From Phycisphaerales bacterium (GTDB lineage: Bacteria; Planctomycetota; Phycisphaerae; Phycisphaerales; UBA1924), in the NCBI GenBank assembly GCA_044359425.1, contig JBIKMF010000076.1, positions 1-13,126 on the forward strand: a stretch of DNA of 13,126 bases, given 5' to 3'. Numbering within the stretch: position 1 is the stretch's first letter; the number at the start of each line of letters is the position of its first letter. This document shows, piece by piece, positions 7,213-13,126 of this stretch. A program made the translations under genes and the position numbers. The notes under the pieces were generated by a model, which was not told where the DNA came from, did no database searches, and was given only the letters and a program-made list of their open reading frames with translations.

Positions 7213-7688
7213 TGATGCTCAGCGAAACGCACATGGAACAAGGCCCGCACTTCGACGGCAGCCGCGCAAGCCAACTCCTCCGACTCGGAATTGCCGGTCC
7301 CAATCGCCCGATCGACGACCTGATCTCCCGTCTCGAGCAACCCGACGGCGTCGCGTGGTTCTCGACCCAAATGAGCGACCGCACCCTCGCGCGTCTCGGC
7401 AACGGCACCGCCTCGCTCGATGTGGCGACGCTCCGCGAACTGAAGGAAGTCGCCAAGAACTGGCTCGGTCGTCCCTCTTCCGTCGACGAGCGGTTGCGCG
7501 GGCTCTTGGGGTACTTCCTCGCCGTCGCCCTCGCCCTCCGTCAACACGACGAGAACATCAGCAGCCGGTCCGTCGCCGACATCCAGTCCGTCCTCTCCGA
7601 CCTCGCCACCGCCATCCCCGATCCCTGGCAGAGCGTGCTCGCGTTCGTTTCGCGACCCCGCGATCCCAATCCGGATCCCGCGCGGTAG
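7209..7688 (+). CDS. Hypothetical protein translationally coupled to ECF sigma (candidate cognate anti-sigma/partner; no TM or HxxxCxxC motif evident)
   Basis: ATG 7209 overlaps the sigma stop (ATGA). GGGGGAAACC purine run 5-15 nt upstream. High GC3 and coherent codon usage. It is the in-frame tail of track ORF 6756..7688, whose N-terminal part is R-rich shadow. Confidence 0.6.
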   Translation: MMMLSETHMEQGPHFDGSRASQLLRLGIAGPNRPIDDLISRLEQPDGVAWFSTQMSDRTLARLGNGTASLDVATLRELKEVAKNWLGRPSSVDERLRGLLGYFLAVALALRQHDENISSRSVADIQSVLSDLATAIPDPWQSVLAFVSRPRDPNPDPAR

Positions 7689-7697
7689 ACTGGCGGC

Positions 7698-8507
7698 GTG
7701 CTCGTCGCGATCCGATCCGCCTGCCTCGTCCTCGCCCTCTCTGTGCTCGGCTGTGGCCACACCCCGCCGCCCCCAGAGCCCCAGGCCATCGCACCGCGCG
7801 AGTTCGTGCCCTCCCGCGACGGATGGGACTTCCGCAACTCCTTTACCGGCAACCCTTTCCCCGACTCGATCCGGCAGTCGCCCATCGGCCCGTTGGCCGA
7901 CCGCTTCGGCCCCCGTCTCGGCCTCGGCGTCCCATCCGAGTTCGGCCTGTGCGGGGGCATGAGCGCCGCCGCGGCAGACTACTGGCTGGCCCGCCGCGAA
8001 CCCCCGAAGCGAGCCCAACCCCCGACGGAGGGAGACCCGCTGTACGAGTACCTGCGCCAGCGGAACGCCGACTCAATGGGCGCGGCGGGGGTCATGGCGG
8101 TGAAGTTCATCGAGTGGATGGGCCTGCCCGAGCAATCGGGGGCGCCCGGGGAACGCTCCACCGGTGGCCTCTCGGTGGCGGAACTCCGCGCGGTGGTGGA
8201 GCGGGTGCGGGCCAATGGGTACGCGACGGTGGGGCTTGTGTACGTGGACTCGCGGACGGGCAAGCCGTGGGAGAACCATCAGGTGCTCGCGTGCCGGGTG
8301 TTGGAGTCAACCGCAGATCGGGTGCAGATTCAGCTTTACGAGCCGAACCACCCCGGCCGCGACGACGTGCGGCTGGAGGCCGAGATCGTGGCGGGCAAGG
8401 CGGGGGAAGAGGCGAGGATCACGCAGTGGATAGGAAAAAGAGCCCGCCATGTGCGCGGGCTCTTCGTCATGCCATTTGAGGCGAGGGTCCCTCCAGGGGA
8501 CCTGTGA
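7698..8507 (+). CDS. Secreted/lipoprotein-type hypothetical protein with Cys...His motif (GLCGGMSAAAADYW ... ENHQVLAC), possible papain-like/C39-like peptidase fold
   Basis: GTG start 9 nt after the previous stop. Signal peptide MLVAIRSACLVLALSVLGCG with lipobox-like VLGC. Balanced composition, whereas the same-strand alternative frame 7355..8479 is R/P/G-rich shadow. Confidence 0.6.
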   Translation: MLVAIRSACLVLALSVLGCGHTPPPPEPQAIAPREFVPSRDGWDFRNSFTGNPFPDSIRQSPIGPLADRFGPRLGLGVPSEFGLCGGMSAAAADYWLARREPPKRAQPPTEGDPLYEYLRQRNADSMGAAGVMAVKFIEWMGLPEQSGAPGERSTGGLSVAELRAVVERVRANGYATVGLVYVDSRTGKPWENHQVLACRVLESTADRVQIQLYEPNHPGRDDVRLEAEIVAGKAGEEARITQWIGKRARHVRGLFVMPFEARVPPGDL

Positions 8508-8513
8508 ACCGGA

Positions 8514-8753
8514 TCAGGAGCCCGAGGTCGGAGTTCTCTTGATGAGTTCCTGCTTCTCTTGCTCGACCTTCTTGAACTCCTGCTTCTCTTCCTCGGTCAT
8601 GTTGGCGGTGATATCGGGGGGAGGCGCGGTGTGCTCGGAGCCGCCGATGAGGCCCTGGTAGTAGGCGATCCAGACGCCGACGCCGATGATGATGATCGCG
8701 GACACGGCGATCATCGCCATCTTGGCCGGGTCCATCTTGTTTTCGCTTGCCAT
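8514..8753 (-). CDS. Small (79 aa) single-pass membrane protein with charged Glu/Lys-rich C-terminal tail, unknown function
   Basis: Canonical SD AAGGAG 7 nt upstream of ATG (minus strand). One TM helix (MAMIAVSAIIIIGVGVWIAYY). EEEKQEFKKVEQEKQEL internal repeat. High GC3. Confidence 0.6.
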   Translation of the reverse strand: MASENKMDPAKMAMIAVSAIIIIGVGVWIAYYQGLIGGSEHTAPPPDITANMTEEEKQEFKKVEQEKQELIKRTPTSGS

Positions 8754-8770
8754 GATGATTCTCCTTGAAA

Positions 8771-8790
8771 GCGGGCCTTGGTCCCGCGGG
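8771..8790 (-). terminator. GC hairpin (GCGGG-7nt-CCCGC, overlapping palindrome CCCGCGGG) followed on the minus strand by UUUC, between the ABC-2 permease stop and the small-protein RBS
   Basis: Read directly. Weak intrinsic-terminator/attenuator candidate. Confidence 0.3.
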
Positions 8791-8825
8791 GTTGCTTGCT
8801 CGTAAGTATATGCAGCTGCTGGGTT

Positions 8826-10184
8826 TTAGCCTAGGTCGCGACGCTGGAACAAGACGACGGCCAAGGACAGGAAGGCCCCGATCTGGCTCAGGGAGTAAAG
8901 ACCGACGAGTCCGACGTACTCAATGGGTACCCGGCGGCCTTGAGAGATGGGGTCGAGGAGCCAGAAGTACTGGAGGTTGGGGACCACCCCCCAGACCGCG
9001 AGCGCCGGGAGGTTGATGTGGACGGGCTCGAGGAAGAGATAGTCCCCCTTCTCCGGGGGGCGGGTCATGGTGACGGGGGTCGCGCCCTGGTGGCGGAGCT
9101 TGAGCTTGCTGCCCCCGCCCTCGGAGAGGATCAGGCCGGAAGGTGCTCCGGGACCAAGAGTTGCGTTCGCGTCGGACATCGGGCCGCTGAAATCTGAGTA
9201 GGACTCGGAGACGAGGTTGGGGAAGCCGTTGGGGCTGGGGCTGATGTAGATTGCGTCCCCGACCTTCACGGGGAGCTTGGCGGGCTGCTCGAGCGTGAGC
9301 TCCAGGACGCTTCCGGGTTCCCTGAAGTTGCTCTTGTTGGGGTCTTCGATCGCGGTCTCGGCGATGACCCCGATGCTGGTGGCCTTGAAGACGTGCCGGC
9401 CGACCAGGAAGTTCGAGAGCAGGGCCAGCACGAACACCCCGAAGCAGACCGTGATCGTCATCACCTGGCTAAGCCGGGTGGACGCGGCGATCGCGACCGC
9501 CGTGAGCACGAGGATCGCCATGCCCAGGCACACACACGCCAGCATCACCTGGGGGTGGAAGTCGTGAGCCAAGGGCTGGAACTTCCATTTCTTGTCGGTG
9601 CCCAGCATGAGCACGAACGCCACGAGAATGGCCGGGAGGAGGACGCAGACGAAGGTCTGCGGGAAGCTCCAGCCATAGAAATAGTTGCACCAGCCGCCGA
9701 GGACCAGCGCGAGCAGGACCGCGCTGAGGGAGTAGACCAGAACCGGGCCGTCGAGCTCGTGCGCGGCGGTGGCCATGACGCCGTGCCGGATGCCGAAGAG
9801 GAGGAAGGCGAGCATGATGACCACGGCGGCCAGAATCGAGCCGGTGACGCCGAGGTACTTGCCCAGGATGAGGGTCGTCCGGGAGACGGGCTTGCTGATG
9901 ACGGTGAGGACCGTCTTGTTCTCGATCTCGCGGCTGAGCACGGCGGTCGCGAGGAAGCCGGCCAGCAGGGTGCCGCAGCCGAACACCGTCGCTAAGCCGA
10001 TGTCCAGCAGGAGTTTATCGTCGCCTTTGACCTCGGTGGCGCTCTCCATCCCCATGCTGAAGTTGGTACCCCAGGTGTTGAGGATCTGGAGGAGCCCCGA
10101 GGCCATGATGAGGACGAACATAATCGGCTGTCGAAGGCTCTCGACGAAGGCGTTGCGGGCGATGGTGAGAAGTTGGACGGGCAT
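8826..10184 (-). CDS. ABC-2 family transporter permease (NosY/GldF-like, COG1277-type) with a ~140-aa extracytoplasmic insertion
   Basis: N-terminus MPVQLLTIARNAFVESLRQPIMFVLIMASGLL is typical of ABC-2 permeases. It has at least 6 hydrophobic helices and a large soluble loop (residues ~270-400). No ATPase gene is adjacent in the window. Confidence 0.8.
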   Translation of the reverse strand: MPVQLLTIARNAFVESLRQPIMFVLIMASGLLQILNTWGTNFSMGMESATEVKGDDKLLLDIGLATVFGCGTLLAGFLATAVLSREIENKTVLTVISKPVSRTTLILGKYLGVTGSILAAVVIMLAFLLFGIRHGVMATAAHELDGPVLVYSLSAVLLALVLGGWCNYFYGWSFPQTFVCVLLPAILVAFVLMLGTDKKWKFQPLAHDFHPQVMLACVCLGMAILVLTAVAIAASTRLSQVMTITVCFGVFVLALLSNFLVGRHVFKATSIGVIAETAIEDPNKSNFREPGSVLELTLEQPAKLPVKVGDAIYISPSPNGFPNLVSESYSDFSGPMSDANATLGPGAPSGLILSEGGGSKLKLRHQGATPVTMTRPPEKGDYLFLEPVHINLPALAVWGVVPNLQYFWLLDPISQGRRVPIEYVGLVGLYSLSQIGAFLSLAVVLFQRRDLG

Positions 10185-10335
10185 ATGGGTTGGGGGGATT
10201 CTATCGGGGATTGCCGCGATCCGTGGCCCGGTGGAGAACCCACTTGGGGGCGACCGACGGAGAATCGTCGGGGAGGACGAACATAGGGGGCATGCGAGCG
10301 TACATCAAAGGTCCCCGGACTGGGCTTTCGTTGCG

Positions 10336-10357
10336 CCCGTTCGGGGCCCGAACCGGG
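10336..10357. promoter_or_regulatory. Near-palindromic GC hairpin (CCCGTTCGGGG/CCCGAACCGGG) flanked by a 9-bp direct repeat CCGGACTGG (10315-10323 and 10384-10392) in the divergent intergenic region
   Basis: Read directly. Candidate dyad-symmetric operator between the ABC-2 permease and hflK-like promoters. Confidence 0.3.
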
Positions 10358-10745
10358 TGGGGCACTTTGCCAGTCGGTTTCGGCCGGACTGGAAAGCGGC
10401 GGGTCGGGCGGGCACAATACGTCCCCCCCGGCCTTCGGGTTCGGTGGGTCGAGTCGGGTTGGTCGGATTGGGTTGGGCTGGATGACGGATCATCAGGTCG
10501 CCGTTCTGGCGGCCTCGCACGGCGGTGGCCGGTATGCTGGTCACGGTTCGGGCGGAGGAACGGGAGATTGGGATGACGGGCGCGGAGGTAGCTCCGTGCG
10601 GGGGGCCGGTGTTCTGAGAGGCTTTGGGCCTTTCGGGCGCGGGCTCCGGGTTGTTCGGACGGTGCGGGCCGGACGTGACGGTTCGCGGGACACAACGATC
10701 ATGCGCCGCGGCGAGGGCCGGGGCGCTTCGGGAACAGGCGGGCGC

Positions 10746-12833
10746 ATGAAAGCGGACTTCTTGACCTATCGGCGGGCAGCGGGCGTGTGCCTTCTGGGGT
10801 TGGCCGTTCAGGTGCTGTTCACCGGTGTCTATCTGGTGTACGGCCTTCTGGCCAAGGACAGCACGGCCCTCACCGCGACCATCTTCCACGCGATCGGTCT
10901 CGTGGCGTGGGGCTCGCTCGCGATCGTCTTCGACCAGCACCGGCGTGAACGCATCGAGGCGATGGAGGCCGAGGCCCTCGCCGCCTCGCCCGTGTCGGGC
11001 TCGGTGTTCGAGAAGGGTGCGGACGAGTTTCGTCCGGCCGCGCGTCGCCTGAACGCCCTCCACAAGGTGTTCCTGCCCACGGTGAGCCTGCTGATCGCGG
11101 CCCTGCTCATCGGCTTTGGCGTCTGGCGGTTCATGGCCCTGCGCGAGTTCGTGAACCCGGACCGGTACCGGGCGGTCGCCCCGACCAAGGACCTGTGGGT
11201 CCTTCTGCCGTCGATTCTCTCGGCGGTGGTGGGGTTCCTCGTCGCGCGGTATTCCGCGAGTCTCGCGAAGCACTCGGCGTGGTCCAACCTGCGTGGTGGT
11301 GCGGGGTACGCGGTGGGCTCGGCACTGCTGGGGGCGGCGATGGCCGCGGCGTACCTGTCGGATCGGCTGGCTCCGCCGCCGGCGCTCGGGCGGTACATGC
11401 TCGTGGCGGTGCCGGTGTTCATGGTGGCGCTCGGCGCCGAGACGATCCTGAACTTTGTGTTGTCGATCTACCGGCCGCGGAAGGCGGGGGATCGTCCCCG
11501 GCCGGCGTTTGATTCGGGGTTGTTGAGCTTTGCGAGTGCGCCGGATCGGATCGCGCAGTCGATCAACGACGCGATCAACTACCAGCTCGGGTTCAACATC
11601 ACGAGCGGTTGGTTCTACAAGCTGGTGACGTCGCGGGCACCGATGCTGCTGAGCGTGGGCGCGGCGTTGGTGTGGGTATTGTCGTGTTTCGCGGTGGTTG
11701 AGCCGCACCAGAAGGCGATTGTCCTGCGTCTGGGGAGCCCGGTGCGGGTGGTGGATTCGGGCCTCGTGGTGAAGATGCCGTGGCCGATCGAGCAGCTCTA
11801 CATCCCGGAGTACTTCGTGCGGGACGCGAAGGGTCGGGAGGAGATCAAGAGCCTGACGGTGACTGGTGTTCGTGAGCTGGTGCTGGGGACGAGCCCGCCC
11901 GCGAACAAGGACGCGATCCTGTGGACAAACGACCACATCGGTGAAGAGGTGTATCAGTACGTGCGGCCCGAGGGTGGCGGCAAGGACGACGGCGCGGACA
12001 TCGGCGACATCGCGATGGTGTCGGTCGAGGTGCCGCTGCAGTACGCGATCCGCGACGTGAAGCTGTACGACGAGTTTGCGCCGCCGGGGACGCGTGATTC
12101 GCTGCTGAAGGCGGCGGCCCAGCGCGAGGTGTTCAAGCTGTTCCAGGGGCTGACGCTGGAGCGGGTGCTCGGGCAGGGGCGTCGCGAGATTTCGGAAGAA
12201 CTGCGGACGCGCGTGCAGGCGGCGTTCGACGGGTTGAACCCGGGGCCCGACGGCAAGGCGCGGGGCGCGGGCGTGGAGGTCGTGTTCACGGGCGTGGTGG
12301 GCGTTCACCCGCCGAAGGAAACGGCCAAGGCCTTCGAGCGGACCGTGCAGACCGATCAGTACCGCGAGGCCATGATCGAGGCGGCCCGCGGGGACGAGGT
12401 CAAGACGCTCGTGGAGGTCGCCGGTGACTTCGTGTTGGCGCGGAACATCGTGCAGGAGCTGGACGTTCTGCAGCAGCTCTCCGACGCCAAGGCGACGCAG
12501 GCGCAGATCGCCGAGCAGGAAGGGAAGATCCGAGCGTTGATCGAGGCAGCGGGTGGCGCGGCTGCGTCCAAGCTCGCCGAGGCCTCCGCGTCGCGGTGGG
12601 AGAAGCACATGGGCGATCGCGGTCGCGCGTCGCGGTACGCGGGGCAGCTCGCCCTGTACCGCGCGGCACCGAAGATCTACCGCGCGACGCTCTACTTCGA
12701 CGCGATGAAGGAGTCGATGGCGGGTTCGCGTCTGTACGTGGTCTCGGACAAGGTGCGGGACTCGCGGTACGACGTGAACCTCGAGGACAAGCAGACGGGC
12801 CTGGATGTGTTTGATCCGGGCAAGCAGGAATGA
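10746..12833 (+). CDS. hflK: HflK-like SPFH/band-7 membrane protease regulator with an unusual ~330-aa N-terminal 6-TM extension
   Basis: C-terminal half matches the HflK SPFH pattern (IVLRLGSPVRVVDSGLVVKMPWPIEQLYIP ... coiled-coil tail). It is immediately followed by the hflC-like gene. Six extra predicted TM helices come before the canonical HflK TM. I chose the ATG at 10746 (MKADFL) because GC3-rich codon usage begins there; the track ORF extends to TTG 10473 through a low-GC3, Gly/Arg-rich stretch. Confidence 0.8.
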   Translation: MKADFLTYRRAAGVCLLGLAVQVLFTGVYLVYGLLAKDSTALTATIFHAIGLVAWGSLAIVFDQHRRERIEAMEAEALAASPVSGSVFEKGADEFRPAARRLNALHKVFLPTVSLLIAALLIGFGVWRFMALREFVNPDRYRAVAPTKDLWVLLPSILSAVVGFLVARYSASLAKHSAWSNLRGGAGYAVGSALLGAAMAAAYLSDRLAPPPALGRYMLVAVPVFMVALGAETILNFVLSIYRPRKAGDRPRPAFDSGLLSFASAPDRIAQSINDAINYQLGFNITSGWFYKLVTSRAPMLLSVGAALVWVLSCFAVVEPHQKAIVLRLGSPVRVVDSGLVVKMPWPIEQLYIPEYFVRDAKGREEIKSLTVTGVRELVLGTSPPANKDAILWTNDHIGEEVYQYVRPEGGGKDDGADIGDIAMVSVEVPLQYAIRDVKLYDEFAPPGTRDSLLKAAAQREVFKLFQGLTLERVLGQGRREISEELRTRVQAAFDGLNPGPDGKARGAGVEVVFTGVVGVHPPKETAKAFERTVQTDQYREAMIEAARGDEVKTLVEVAGDFVLARNIVQELDVLQQLSDAKATQAQIAEQEGKIRALIEAAGGAAASKLAEASASRWEKHMGDRGRASRYAGQLALYRAAPKIYRATLYFDAMKESMAGSRLYVVSDKVRDSRYDVNLEDKQTGLDVFDPGKQE

Positions 12834-12953
12834 CGGGTGTGGTGATGGCGACGAGGTGATGGTGGGGGCGGGCCCGGGAGCGGGCATGTTGGAAGTGCAA
12901 GAGAATCGCGGGCCGGCGTCGAGCGTGGCCCGAACCTGAAGCGGAGTTTCATC

Positions 12954-13126
12954 GTGCAGAAGAACCTGAAGCTGATCGTGTTCGTGGCGTTGCTGGTGGC
13001 GGCGTTGCTGTCGTACATGGTGCTGTACACGGTGCGTTTCACGGAGGCGGCGGTGGAGACGCGGTTCGGCCAGGCCGGCCCGGACGCGGTGAAGCTGGAG
13101 CCGGGGCTGTACTTCAAGCTGCCCTA
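12954..13126 (+). CDS. hflC: HflC-like SPFH protein (3'-truncated by the window end)
   Basis: GTG start with GGAG 7 nt upstream. N-terminal TM (LKLIVFVALLVAALLSYMVL), then VRFTEAAVETRFGQ...EPGLYFKLP matching the HflC RFG...EPGL.FK.P motif. Sits downstream of hflK. Confidence 0.7.
   Translation, partial: MQKNLKLIVFVALLVAALLSYMVLYTVRFTEAAVETRFGQAGPDAVKLEPGLYFKLP

Noticed and set aside
7011-8479. Overlapping long ORFs 7011..8018 (-) and 7355..8479 (+) across the sigma-partner/lipoprotein region
   Set aside because: R/G/P-rich shadows. The chosen frames have coherent codon usage, translational coupling and a signal peptide.
10473-10745. N-terminal 91-codon extension of the hflK-like ORF (TTG start), and 4373..4450 extension of the DGC ORF, and 6382..6534 extension of the sigma ORF
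   Set aside because: These stretches have low GC3 and odd (Gly/Arg/Pro-rich) composition, unlike the rest of the genes. Internal ATGs coincide with where domain homology and GC3-rich codon usage begin. Experimental start mapping could overturn this.
10305-12887. 860-aa minus-strand ORF antisense to hflK-like gene
   Set aside because: Extremely Arg/Pro/His-rich shadow ORF. The plus strand encodes a clear SPFH protein with TM helices.
1-13126. Scan for CRISPR repeats, tRNA-like T-loop motifs (GTTCGAnTC), rRNA, IS inverted repeats/transposase or integrase ORFs
   Set aside because: No regularly spaced direct repeats, no tRNA-like cloverleaf candidates and no transposase/integrase-like ORFs were seen by eye. 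A proper tRNAscan/Infernal run would be needed to be certain.

Overview
This is a GC-rich (roughly 68-70%) bacterial chromosomal window encoding 13 recognisable genes; start codons were judged partly on where GC3-rich codon usage begins. Domain content is typical of Planctomycetota or Myxococcota-like genomes, but taxonomy cannot be fixed from sequence alone. I find no rRNA, tRNA, CRISPR array, IS element or integrase. In order along the window:
- 5'-truncated DnaJ-family C-terminal domain protein with no Zn finger (type II, CbpA-like).
- WbaP/WcaJ-type polyprenyl-phosphate sugar phosphotransferase.
- Convergent HDOD-GGDEF-REC diguanylate cyclase with a C-terminal receiver domain.
- Two tandem minus-strand genes for Cys-rich zinc-ribbon/multi-TM membrane proteins of unknown family.
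- Divergent from these, an ECF sigma-70 gene translationally coupled (ATGA overlap) to a 159-aa hypothetical, followed 9 nt later by a Cys/His-motif signal-peptide/lipoprotein gene.
- Small 79-aa single-TM protein with a strong AAGGAG ribosome-binding site.
- Orphan ABC-2 permease with a large extracytoplasmic loop.
- A 560-bp G-tract-rich divergent intergenic region.
- HflK-like SPFH protein fused to an unusual N-terminal 6-TM extension, then the start of hflC.

Many long antisense or shadow ORFs in the six-frame track (R/P/G-rich) are artefacts of high GC.

The most interesting points:
- The ECF sigma locus with its divergent pair of Zn-ribbon membrane proteins.
- The inverted repeat in the sigma leader.
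- The HflK fusion.
- The structured intergenic region at 10185-10745.
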